A stretch of 26,640 nucleotides of DNA from an uncultured Pseudomonadota bacterium (GTDB lineage: Bacteria > Babelota > Babeliae > Babelales > GCA-2401785), in assembly GCA_964442725.1 (NCBI GenBank), contig CAYTZU010000001.1, positions 1 through 26,640 on the forward strand. Reading direction: 5' to 3'. A model generated the notes under the pieces. That model searched no databases. It was given only the letters and a program-made list of their open reading frames with translations, and had not been told where the DNA came from. The translations under genes were made by a program, and so were the position numbers. This document shows positions 8,353-17,460 of this stretch, one piece after another (the stretch's first letter is position 1; each line of letters starts with the position of its first letter).

Positions 8353-9762
8353 TTAAATTACTTTATAGGCAGCCAAAGCGCGATTCCGAGAGGCTTCTAA
8401 GCTAATTATTGGTTTTGGATAATCAACTCCCAATTTTATGCCCGCCGAAATTAGGACCTTTTCAGGCGCTTTCCACGGTTTGAAGAGATATTTGTTTGGG
8501 AGGTTTTTAAGTTCAGGAACAAATTTGCGTGTGTAAAGGCCTTCTTTGTCAAACTTTTCGCCCTGTAGAATTGGATTGAAAATCCTAAAATATGGCGTAG
8601 GATCGACCCCACTTCCCGTTATCCATTGCCAATTAAAGCTGTTGCTGGCCAGATCAGCGTCGACAAGGCAGTCCCAGAACCAATTGCGACCCTCGTGCCA
8701 ATGGATCATCAAATTTTTGACTAAAAATGAGGCCACCACCATTCTTACTCGATTGTGCATAAAACCGGTCTGCCAGAGCTCTCGCATTCCAGCGTCAATT
8801 AGGGGATATCCGGTGTTTCCTGTTTTCCAAGCATTGAATAGTTTTTCATTATAATTCCAGGGGAAATGATCAAACTTTGCTTGGAAGTTCTTTTGATGTA
8901 ATTCTTTGAAATGAAACATTAAATAAGCCGAAAATTCGCGCCAGATGATCTCGCTGACAAAACAATCTTTATCTTTGATATTTGTGTTTCCAAGCTTTGA
9001 AATTCTCTCGATAATTTGATGTGGGGAGATTTCCCCAAAATGTAGATTTGGTGAGAGTTTTGATGTTTTATCAAGACCTGGGAAATCGCGATCTTTATCG
9101 TAGCCAGATAAGTCTTTTTTTATAAAATTATCCAGTTTTTTTTGTGCCGTACTTTCACCAAAATGCCACTCGCGCTTGATTTTTTGCTCCCATTTTTGGC
9201 CTGAAAATAGGCCAAAATCAGACAACGTTGTTTTATTTTCATGGTCTTTTATGAAAATCAAATTTTTTGGCTTTGGCAGAGGCTTGTCAAATTCGAGGGC
9301 GAGAACTTTGCGTTTAAAAGCTCCGAAAATTTTGTAGTAGGAGCCGTTTCCAGTTTTGATCTGCGTGGGATCGGTTAAATAAGACTGATTAAAAATTTTG
9401 TAGACAATACCGGCTTTTCTTAGTTTTTCCTCAATGATCCCGTCTTTGGCCAAAACCCAAGGCTCATAAGCGCGATTCCAAAAAACATTTGAAATTTCAT
9501 ATTTTTTGGTCAGGTTTAAAATTATTTTCTGACTGTCTCCAATGTAAAAATTGAGCTTATTTTCCATCGTTTTATTAAGTTCTTCAAGGGAATGATGGAG
9601 ATAAACTTTGCTAGCCCCACCAAGTTTAAATTCTTGGGTGGCGCAATCATCGAAAATATAGATGGGCAGGACCTTTCCAAGTTTTGACGCTTCTGCCAAA
9701 CCGGCATTATCGGAGAGGCGTAGGTCCTGCCGAAACCAAAATATTGAAACAACTTCTTTCAT
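8353..9762 (-). CDS. phrB: Deoxyribodipyrimidine (CPD) photolyase, cryptochrome/photolyase family, probably class III-like
   Basis: WFRQDLRLSDN; FAD-binding WKTGNTGYPLIDAGMRELWQTGFMHNRVRMVVASFLVK; PYFRIFNPILQGEKFD. Confidence 0.95.
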   Translation of the reverse strand: MKEVVSIFWFRQDLRLSDNAGLAEASKLGKVLPIYIFDDCATQEFKLGGASKVYLHHSLEELNKTMENKLNFYIGDSQKIILNLTKKYEISNVFWNRAYEPWVLAKDGIIEEKLRKAGIVYKIFNQSYLTDPTQIKTGNGSYYKIFGAFKRKVLALEFDKPLPKPKNLIFIKDHENKTTLSDFGLFSGQKWEQKIKREWHFGESTAQKKLDNFIKKDLSGYDKDRDFPGLDKTSKLSPNLHFGEISPHQIIERISKLGNTNIKDKDCFVSEIIWREFSAYLMFHFKELHQKNFQAKFDHFPWNYNEKLFNAWKTGNTGYPLIDAGMRELWQTGFMHNRVRMVVASFLVKNLMIHWHEGRNWFWDCLVDADLASNSFNWQWITGSGVDPTPYFRIFNPILQGEKFDKEGLYTRKFVPELKNLPNKYLFKPWKAPEKVLISAGIKLGVDYPKPIISLEASRNRALAAYKVI

Positions 9763-9773
9763 ATTAAAATTTT

Positions 9774-10454
9774 TTATTTTGTTACTAATCTGCCCTTTTT
9801 GATTTCGCCTTTCACCTCTGATTCGTTGAAAATATGAACTTCGCCCCCTTCTTGCTCGAAAATGATGTCACCGGAAATGACAGTTCCTTCTTTCAACCTT
9901 ATAATTTGTTTTTTACTTTGGCTCCATTGAAACCAGTGCGTTGTTATCTTTTTAACTACAATATCATTGGCAATACTACAATTACTAAAAGTTGCGGTCT
10001 GGCAGGCAATTTCCATAGCTTTAAATTGTCCGTTAGATATATCGGCGTCTCCTGTTAATTTTGTGCTTTCAGTGACCTCAATAATATTTCCTTTCAATGA
10101 ACCATTGATAACAATATCTTGTGAGTGAAGACCTCTGACATCAAAGGATCCATTAACCTTTAGGACTTTACAGTTCAGATTTTTGCCTTTCCCACTTCCG
10201 TTAATTTCAAGCACATCTTTTATAGAAAGATTATCAAATTTTAGAGAGCCATTGATCTTTAAGTGGTCATATTGCTCATTTTTCGCACTTGTTTGTCCAT
10301 TTATCTCTGTCATGCTTTTCTCCTGAGAAATAAATTTTTTGCTCGATTGTTGCGAATTTTGGCTCGCCATCCATGCTCGTTGCCAGGCATAGAAATTCAT
10401 TAAAACTAACAAAAAAGTGAGATGCTTTTTATTGTACAAATTTTGGCTCCTCAT
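9774..10454 (-). CDS. Exported beta-helix protein with INGS repeats (bactofilin/polymer-forming-like)
   Basis: Repeats LKINGSL, LEINGSG, LKVNGSF, IVINGSL; C-terminal ISGDIIFEQEGGEVHI; hydrophobic N-terminus. An alternative TTG start at 10439 has GAGGAG 7 nt upstream. Confidence 0.6.
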   Translation of the reverse strand: MRSQNLYNKKHLTFLLVLMNFYAWQRAWMASQNSQQSSKKFISQEKSMTEINGQTSAKNEQYDHLKINGSLKFDNLSIKDVLEINGSGKGKNLNCKVLKVNGSFDVRGLHSQDIVINGSLKGNIIEVTESTKLTGDADISNGQFKAMEIACQTATFSNCSIANDIVVKKITTHWFQWSQSKKQIIRLKEGTVISGDIIFEQEGGEVHIFNESEVKGEIKKGRLVTK

Positions 10455-10511
10455 TAAATTTTCAAATCAATAGTCCCCTCTCAATTGCTTTAATTCAATG
10501 TTAAGTTTTTA

Positions 10512-12308
10512 TCAAATCTTTTCGTCGCTCAAAAAACCATTAATTTGAGCATTCCAAAGCTCCTTGTACAGACCGTGTTTGTTCAAAAGCTCATGATGGC
10601 TGCCGTCTTGAACAATTTTGCCTGCCTGGAAGACTAAAATTCTGTCCATATTTAAAAGTGTTGAAAGTCTATGGGCAATGGCAATGACAGTTTTTTTGTT
10701 CTCGCTTGATGCAGATGACTCATTCATGAGTTTTAAAAGGCTTTCTTGGATTTCGTGTTCTGTCACCGAATCAAGTTGAGATGTGGCTTCGTCCAAGATC
10801 AAAATTGGAGCATTTTTTAAGAAAGCTCTGGCAATCGAAATCCTTTGCCTTTGGCCGCCGGAAAGCTTGACTCCGCGTTCTCCGGTAAGAGAGGCGTATC
10901 CATCATGCAGTTTGACAATAAATTCATGAGCGTGGGCCGCCTTTGCTGCTTTGATGACCTCTTCATTGCTGGCTGATTCAAGTCCATAGCGAATATTTTC
11001 CATAATTGTTCTGTGGAATAAAATCGAATCTTGGGGAATTACGGAAATGGTCTTTCTCAAGGACTCTTGAGTTGCCATATTGATTGGCTGTCCATCGATT
11101 AAAATGTTGCCATCCGTTAGGTCATAGAGTCTCAAAATCAAGTTTACAAAGGTGGTTTTTCCGCCACCAGAATGCCCTACAAGACCAACTTTTTGCCCGG
11201 ATTCAATTTTGATTGATTTGTTTTCAAAAAGCGGTTCGAGCCCACTGTAGTTAAACTTAACTTTTTCAAAAATTATTTCTCCAGTCGTCACCTTCAGGTC
11301 GAAAGCATTGGGATGGTCGATAATTTTTGGTTTTACCAGAATTGTTCGCAGGGCCTGGGTTGTGCTACCAAAGTGTCTTGATAGCTGCGAAAATTCAAAA
11401 CCAATTTCCCATAAGTGACTTATTATTTGAGCGTTTATCGTAATAACGAGGGCAAAGTCTCCAATTGATAAAATACCCTTCTGGCGGCCGCTGACAAGAA
11501 AATAAAAATTGAAAATTGAAAGTATTAAAAATGTTATGTCATAAAACCACCACAAAAAATTATATGCTACGTTTAATTTTCTGTCCGCAATGACTTGCTC
11601 GTCTAAGACATGACTCAAATCAGCGATTTCATGCTTTTTTGCCGTAAATAATCTGACGGCTAAACTATTTGAAAGTGTATCGACAAATTTGCCTGAAATT
11701 ACAGCCTGTTTTTCAGAGAAAACGTCTGCCAAATTTGTTAAATATTTGGTTAGAGAAAGTGCAACAGCAGTAAAACTCGTTGCCCAGACAAGCATTGCTA
11801 CGCCAAAGACGGTGCTAACTTTCCATAAAATTATAATGGCACAAAAGACAAGCATGATTTTTATAAGAATTCTTTGTGCAAGAATGACCATTTGAGGGAT
11901 GTCTTCAGTTAAATCGTTGATTTTACCCGCAAGACTCCCAGAAAAATTATCCTGGAAAAATGAATTATCTTTGTCAACCAAAAGCTCCATGCATCGCATT
12001 CCAATGTTTTTTCGCATTATAGGGAGCATGTCTGTTTGGATAAAATAATCATAACATCGGTAACCAAGCGATTCGATAAAAGCTAGTCCCATGTAGGCTG
12101 AAATTGGCAAAAAAAGGCACTTGAAAAGATTTTTGTTGGCACCAAATTCAAGTAGGTCTATGAGAATTTTTTCAATATAAGGTAAAAATATTTTCCCGGC
12201 TATCTCGCTGCACATTTGAATAAAAATAAACAAAATATGGAATGGGAAAGGACTTATGCACGAGATAATAAACGACCAGATCTGGATTGGCCTTATTTGG
12301 TTGCTCAT
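10512..12308 (-). CDS. ABCB-type (MsbA/Atm1-like) fused permease-ATPase exporter
   Basis: N-terminal TM helices; Walker A GHSGGGKTT; signature LSGGQRQR; Walker B ILILDEATS; H-loop IAHRLST. Confidence 0.95.
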   Translation of the reverse strand: MSNQIRPIQIWSFIISCISPFPFHILFIFIQMCSEIAGKIFLPYIEKILIDLLEFGANKNLFKCLFLPISAYMGLAFIESLGYRCYDYFIQTDMLPIMRKNIGMRCMELLVDKDNSFFQDNFSGSLAGKINDLTEDIPQMVILAQRILIKIMLVFCAIIILWKVSTVFGVAMLVWATSFTAVALSLTKYLTNLADVFSEKQAVISGKFVDTLSNSLAVRLFTAKKHEIADLSHVLDEQVIADRKLNVAYNFLWWFYDITFLILSIFNFYFLVSGRQKGILSIGDFALVITINAQIISHLWEIGFEFSQLSRHFGSTTQALRTILVKPKIIDHPNAFDLKVTTGEIIFEKVKFNYSGLEPLFENKSIKIESGQKVGLVGHSGGGKTTFVNLILRLYDLTDGNILIDGQPINMATQESLRKTISVIPQDSILFHRTIMENIRYGLESASNEEVIKAAKAAHAHEFIVKLHDGYASLTGERGVKLSGGQRQRISIARAFLKNAPILILDEATSQLDSVTEHEIQESLLKLMNESSASSENKKTVIAIAHRLSTLLNMDRILVFQAGKIVQDGSHHELLNKHGLYKELWNAQINGFLSDEKI

Positions 12309-12349
12309 CGATTGAAAAACCTTTTGGAGCCTATTTGTTTCAGTTTTTA

Positions 12350-14488
12350 TTAACTGCTTGGAACTATGGGCAAGAGTCTACCACGATTTTTTCGTTGCAG
12401 CCAATTTTTAACTCTTTGGTAATGCTCTGGACCACGGTGTCCAAAATTATTGTTACAGAACTTGCGATCACAAATTAATGTTGAATTTAGGTCGATTTTT
12501 ATATGCAGACCACCATTGACAAACTTTCCTTTTGGTTTTTTTAAAGCTCTTTGGCATCGTTGTGCTTTATCAAATGGAAACGGTAAGCCACTTGGCGCAA
12601 ATTTTTTATTTGGACAGCCTTTTGGACTTTGGAATTGACAACACGCCTGTTCGTTTGTTTTAAACCTTGAATACGGTGGCATAAATTTGTCCATCACTTT
12701 GCGATCGGGTTCCGTTGTTGGCCATTGCAACCAGAACTTTCGTCCAAGCTTTCCAAACTCTGAATAAACGTAACTCCAGAGAGATTCTGGGTCACCGATT
12801 GCTCTAAAGTTCGAAGGATTTGTGTTTGCTGAACACAAAACATGGTCGAGGAATTCCGCTTTACCAGTTTGAGATAGACAACTAAATCCAGTGTTATTTT
12901 CAATAAGCCCAGCTGTTCTTTTTTTAAGCTCTTCAAGCGCATCCTTATGGTTTTGTGGAGCTGATCTACTGCTGTCCAAGTTGAAGTCTCCCATGACTAT
13001 GAATGGCAAATTGTTTTGACGGGCGATGTCCTCAACTAGCTTTTCTGTATCAAGCATCGGGAGGTGGACATTGAAAATTAGGCAAATTTGTTTTCCGTTG
13101 AGCGATAAAATTGCAATTTGATGTCTAGGCAGAGCTTTTCCTTTGGCTGTAGCTGTAATAAATTCTAAACTCAAACCAGAGCCATTTCTAACGTAAATTG
13201 AAAGGCCGTGTCCTGGAGTAGTTCCTGAAGATTTGGCTGATAGAGAGAATGCTGCAAGACTGTAGTCGTTTGGTATAAGCAAACCTTGGTGGCCATCCTG
13301 AATCTCTTGACATAAAATTAAGTCTGGAGACTCATTTTGAGCCAAAGAATCTAATTGCTTTTGTAAGTTGTCATATTTTGTCTTACATAATCTATCCAGA
13401 ACATTTGATATTTGAGCTTTGTCTGGATCGAGGGCTTGATTGTTGTTGGCCCAAAGGATTGTTTTTAGATCATCACGGAATGCGTGCTCTGCGCAAACAT
13501 TAAAAGAACAGATTTTTAAGTTTTTTGTGCCGACTTTAAATTCTGCAATTATGCTTTTATGGTCAGAGCCCCATGGTGTTGAATAAACAATTGCTGGAGA
13601 TCGAGCTGGAAGCGGTCTGGCTGGAGCAATTGGTTTGGTTGCAGGAACTGGTACTGGCATGGGTAGATTTGATTGGCCTGGACCTTGAGGAACATAAGGT
13701 CTAGCGCTTGAACCTGCTAAAGGCCTTGGACTTGGTCTAGGGTTGGATTTTGGTTGTACTACTGGACTTGGCCTTTGACTGATTTGTTCAAGTAATTTGT
13801 CGATGGCAAGCAAAAATTGACCAACTTGACCCACATCCATGAGAAAATATTGGCCTTTTTTCTTGTGGTGAGTTTTAATTGTGCTTACTAGGCCTGATTC
13901 TATGTTTACTAGTTCTGCTGATTTAAGACCGGGAAAATTTTTATTAAGCCATTGATTTTTTTTACTTTGAGTTCGCTTTACATCAAGATATTGCTTTTCA
14001 AGTCTGATGCAATCCAAGAGCATGTATAAAAGTTCATGCATAATAAGATTTGCAGTTACGATATTTTCACAGTTGCTTTGTGTCAAAACCATTGGTTCTA
14101 GTTGATTTAATTTTGAAATGATTTCTTGAGAATCTGATGTTCTACTATTAAAAAATACCTTAAATACGATGCTTTCTGGTGAAAGCTGAATTTTGTATAA
14201 AAACGATCTATTTAATCGTACGAGTTCCGTGTTTAACTCACTCACATTGTTTATTTTTAGAGCAGGGGCGATTCCAAGATTTTTTGCATGAATTATAAGA
14301 TTTTTTATCAGTGTCTTGTGATCATTTAACCCAGCAGCGATGACCATTTTACCGGTCCTCTTTCCTCTGGCTCCAAAGCTCTGATCAATCAGTTCTTTTT
14401 GCGCAATGGTTGCTCTTTCAGGCCTGCACAGCTCAATTTTGCCAAGAAAGGCTAAAATAATTAAACTCAATAAGGTTTTTATGTTCAT
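12350..14488 (-). CDS. Secreted endonuclease/exonuclease/phosphatase (EEP) fold protein with permuted motif order
   Basis: Signal peptide, helical N-domain and Pro-rich linker, then motifs in the order GSDHKSIIAEF, LKICSFNV, DLILCQEI, NVHLP, IVMGDFN, LDHVL, followed by a Cys/His-rich tail. Confidence 0.8.
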   Translation of the reverse strand: MNIKTLLSLIILAFLGKIELCRPERATIAQKELIDQSFGARGKRTGKMVIAAGLNDHKTLIKNLIIHAKNLGIAPALKINNVSELNTELVRLNRSFLYKIQLSPESIVFKVFFNSRTSDSQEIISKLNQLEPMVLTQSNCENIVTANLIMHELLYMLLDCIRLEKQYLDVKRTQSKKNQWLNKNFPGLKSAELVNIESGLVSTIKTHHKKKGQYFLMDVGQVGQFLLAIDKLLEQISQRPSPVVQPKSNPRPSPRPLAGSSARPYVPQGPGQSNLPMPVPVPATKPIAPARPLPARSPAIVYSTPWGSDHKSIIAEFKVGTKNLKICSFNVCAEHAFRDDLKTILWANNNQALDPDKAQISNVLDRLCKTKYDNLQKQLDSLAQNESPDLILCQEIQDGHQGLLIPNDYSLAAFSLSAKSSGTTPGHGLSIYVRNGSGLSLEFITATAKGKALPRHQIAILSLNGKQICLIFNVHLPMLDTEKLVEDIARQNNLPFIVMGDFNLDSSRSAPQNHKDALEELKKRTAGLIENNTGFSCLSQTGKAEFLDHVLCSANTNPSNFRAIGDPESLWSYVYSEFGKLGRKFWLQWPTTEPDRKVMDKFMPPYSRFKTNEQACCQFQSPKGCPNKKFAPSGLPFPFDKAQRCQRALKKPKGKFVNGGLHIKIDLNSTLICDRKFCNNNFGHRGPEHYQRVKNWLQRKNRGRLLPIVPSS

Positions 14489-14628
14489 AGCTGGGCTCTG
14501 TAAATAAATAATATTTGATTTAGCGCTTTAATTTTATGTAACAGGGTTTTTAACTTAAATAGTTTTGATTTTCTATGGGCTTTATTTTCCAATATCGATT
14601 TTCTCAAAAAAAGAGGTTTTAGATTAAA

Positions 14629-16656
14629 ATGAGTAGCGAAAAGTGTCATGTTTGGGAGCCAAAAACCAATACAATAAAGCCGGTTTTGAAGTATGGAGAG
14701 AGTTGTTTAGACTTTGAAAGTAGTAAATTTTATGTCACGACCCCAATTTATTATGTCAACGCTAAGCCACATTTAGGCCATCTTTATACGACACTTTTGG
14801 CCGATATTGCGGCCAGATGGAATAAATTAAAGGGTAAGCAGGTTTTCTTTTTGACCGGCCTTGATGAGCATGGACAAAAAGTGGCTCAGGCGGCAGAGTT
14901 GGCTGGCACCGATCCTCAAAGCTTTGTTGATTCAATGGTGCCAAAGTTTAAAAATGTTTGGGCCAAATATGGCTTTACTTACGACAAATTTATCCGAACT
15001 AGCGATCAGGAGCATAAAAAAGCCGTTGTAAAATTAATCGAAACATTGCTTAAAAACGACCAGATTTATAAGTCGGAGTACACTGGTTTTTATTGTCAAC
15101 CAGATGAGACATTTATAAATCCTCAGGAAGCTAAGGAGTTTGAGCAGAACGGCAAAACTCTATGCCCTTCATGCGGACGCGAAGTTGGGAAAATCAGTGA
15201 GGAATGTTATTTTTTCAGGCTTTCTAATTATCAGGATAAATTACTTGAGTTTTATGCGCAAAATCCTGGTTTTATTCAACCCAAAGAGCGTTTGAACGAA
15301 GTCATTTCATTTGTTAAAAGTGGACTGAAAGATTTAAGTTTTTCAAGGAAAAGCGTGTCATGGGGAATTCCATTTCCAGGAGATTCAAAACACACAATTT
15401 ATGTTTGGGGCGATGCGCTTACAAATTACATCAGTGCAATCGGGTATGAGCAAAATACCGATGAATTCAATCTTTTTTGGCCCGTAGATTTGCATATTTT
15501 GGGCAAAGACATTTTGAGGTTCCATGCTGTTTATTGGCCAGCAATTCTGATGGCTGCCGGACTTGAGCTTCCAAAAAAAGAGCTGGTTCATGGCTACATC
15601 ATTATGGATAACAAAAAGATGTCAAAATCACTGGGAAATGTTGTTGATCCAAACAGTTTGGCCGATTGGTACGGTGTTGATCAGGTTCGTTATTATTTGG
15701 CCAGGAACATTCCAACCACACAGGACAGCCAATTTGCGCTCTGCGACCTTGAAGAATGCGTTCGCGCTGATTTGGCCAATAATTTTGGCAATTTGCTTTC
15801 AAGGACGATTTCATTGGCAAAAAACAATGGAATTGATTTTATTGAAGCGATTCCTGCGACAGAATTAAATCATGAAAGTTCAGAACTATTAAAAAACTTA
15901 AGCTTAGAAATTGAAAACTTTAGGTTTAACATGGACCAAGGCCTTTGCCACATTGCGCTTTCCGGGCTTGTTAAGCAGCTTTCAAACGCAAATGTTATGT
16001 TTCAAACATTTCAGCCGTGGCGCCTGGTTAAAAGTGATTATGATCTATTTCGACAGGTTATATGGACGGTTTTATGCGTTTTAAAAACCTGTGCAACGCT
16101 TCTTTGGCCGATCATTCCAAATAAATCTGAGCAGTTACTTAATTTAATCGGCTGCAAATTTTCTTGTGATGGCAATCCTCTTGGCAAAATAAAGTCCTTT
16201 GAAAAATTCAGTTTCCAGCTCAGCGAAATTAAAGAGCCTTTGTTTGAGAGGCCAGAGGAGCATTCCAAGAAAAACTTGTCTGAGGAAAAACCTAATATTG
16301 AGCCAGAAGAAAAACCTCAAGAGCTCGAGTTGATCGATATTTCAGATTTTGCAAAGATAAAAATGGCTGTCGGAAAAATTGTTGAAGCCGAGCAGGTTTC
16401 TGGATCTGAAAAAAACCTTAAATTAAAGGTTGATTTAGGATGCTTTGGGGTTCGTCAAATCCTTTCAGGAATTGCAAAACACTACATTCCACAAACAATA
16501 ATTGGGAAAAGCGCAATTTTTGTAATCAATTTGAAGCCTCGAAAGTTACTTGGTTTTGAGTCTCAAGGAATGCTTTTGTGCGCTATGTCAAAAGACGGAA
16601 TTTTGGAGATAGTTGTTCCAGAGAAGGGATCAATTCCAGGGACTTTAATAAGTTGA
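14629..16656 (+). CDS. metG: Methionine--tRNA ligase with C-terminal tRNA-binding OB domain
   Basis: FYVTTPIYYVNAKPHLGH (HIGH), KMSKS, knuckle YCQPD...CPSCG, and a Trbp111-like tail DISDFAKIKMAVGKIVEAE...SQGMLL. Confidence 0.97.
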   Translation: MSSEKCHVWEPKTNTIKPVLKYGESCLDFESSKFYVTTPIYYVNAKPHLGHLYTTLLADIAARWNKLKGKQVFFLTGLDEHGQKVAQAAELAGTDPQSFVDSMVPKFKNVWAKYGFTYDKFIRTSDQEHKKAVVKLIETLLKNDQIYKSEYTGFYCQPDETFINPQEAKEFEQNGKTLCPSCGREVGKISEECYFFRLSNYQDKLLEFYAQNPGFIQPKERLNEVISFVKSGLKDLSFSRKSVSWGIPFPGDSKHTIYVWGDALTNYISAIGYEQNTDEFNLFWPVDLHILGKDILRFHAVYWPAILMAAGLELPKKELVHGYIIMDNKKMSKSLGNVVDPNSLADWYGVDQVRYYLARNIPTTQDSQFALCDLEECVRADLANNFGNLLSRTISLAKNNGIDFIEAIPATELNHESSELLKNLSLEIENFRFNMDQGLCHIALSGLVKQLSNANVMFQTFQPWRLVKSDYDLFRQVIWTVLCVLKTCATLLWPIIPNKSEQLLNLIGCKFSCDGNPLGKIKSFEKFSFQLSEIKEPLFERPEEHSKKNLSEEKPNIEPEEKPQELELIDISDFAKIKMAVGKIVEAEQVSGSEKNLKLKVDLGCFGVRQILSGIAKHYIPQTIIGKSAIFVINLKPRKLLGFESQGMLLCAMSKDGILEIVVPEKGSIPGTLIS

Positions 16657-16669
16657 TTCTGTTCAAAAA

Positions 16670-16722
16670 CAAACAATTTTACTTGGGACTAATCGGGGAA
16701 TTAGCCCAAGTAAAATTGTTTG
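16670..16722. terminator. Long hairpin between convergent metG and the 16729-17247 gene (probable bidirectional terminator)
   Basis: CAAACAATTTTACTTGGG(A)CTAAT / ATTAGCCCAAGTAAAATTGTTTG, about 23-bp stem with a single bulge and a 6-nt loop. Confidence 0.75.
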
Positions 16723-16728
16723 AAATAA

Positions 16729-17247
16729 TTATTTTCTATTATTGTGTTTATCTTCTTTTCGCTTTTTTTCGCGTTCTGACTTGTTCATTTCAGGATCTTT
16801 GTCGTCCTCTTCTAGCTCTTCTTCGGTCTCTCTTTCTTGTTCTTCCGGCATGATTTCCTCACCTTGGGATTCTTCTTCCATTTCATGAGGTCTTTTTTTT
16901 CTTTCTGGTTTTCCGTTTAAGTGCTTGCCTTTGCGATTTCCATTGCCATTGCAGCTATTTTCATCACAATTACAATTCTCAGAACAATTGCATGTATCAT
17001 CAGTCTTTTGCTTCATTTCTTCCTCCGTGCGCTTGTTGTCGGTTCCCAATATATATTCTTTGAGGAATGACAATCCCTTTTTTATTGAATTCTTCAAACC
17101 TTCCTCCTTCTCTGAGGCTTTATGTTTTGCACGACTAATTTTACGTTTGATCGAATTTTTTACAGAAGCCCCCTTTTTCGAAATCGAACGTTTCAATTTA
17201 TTCGCTTTCCTAGAGGCAATGTTCTTCATGCTGTTTTTCTGTGGCAT
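16729..17247 (-). CDS. Hydrophilic tripartite protein: basic 11-mer repeats, CxC cluster, acidic tail
   Basis: GAGG RBS before ATG 17247; five 11-mers in aa 8-62; CNCSENCNCDENSC; E-rich C-terminal half. Confidence 0.7.
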   Translation of the reverse strand: MPQKNSMKNIASRKANKLKRSISKKGASVKNSIKRKISRAKHKASEKEEGLKNSIKKGLSFLKEYILGTDNKRTEEEMKQKTDDTCNCSENCNCDENSCNGNGNRKGKHLNGKPERKKRPHEMEEESQGEEIMPEEQERETEEELEEDDKDPEMNKSEREKKRKEDKHNNRK

Positions 17248-17460
17248 AGTTAAGCCCTCAATGTAACTTTTTGGCTACTAATTGGGTTTGTTCGATTGTT
17301 CAAACCTTATCAGGGGGAGGTAGGGGTTTTTGATTGAGTTGTGTTTTTTTCGTTTGTCTAAGAAGCAAATAGTCAAACACAAGTTCTTTCTCGAGCCAAT
17401 TAAGGCCTCACACCCCCACCAGATCATTCAAGATAAATGAGATGTTTATTTGATGAGAGG

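Noticed and set aside
7045-14628. Prophage or integrative element at tRNA-Ser
   Set aside because: No integrase, transposase, phage gene or duplicated tRNA 3' end (att site) seen in the window.
14629-14724. About 30-aa N-terminal extension of MetG
   Set aside because: It is short with no recognisable motif and may be start-site ambiguity or a neutral extension. No T-box or other leader RNA was evident upstream.
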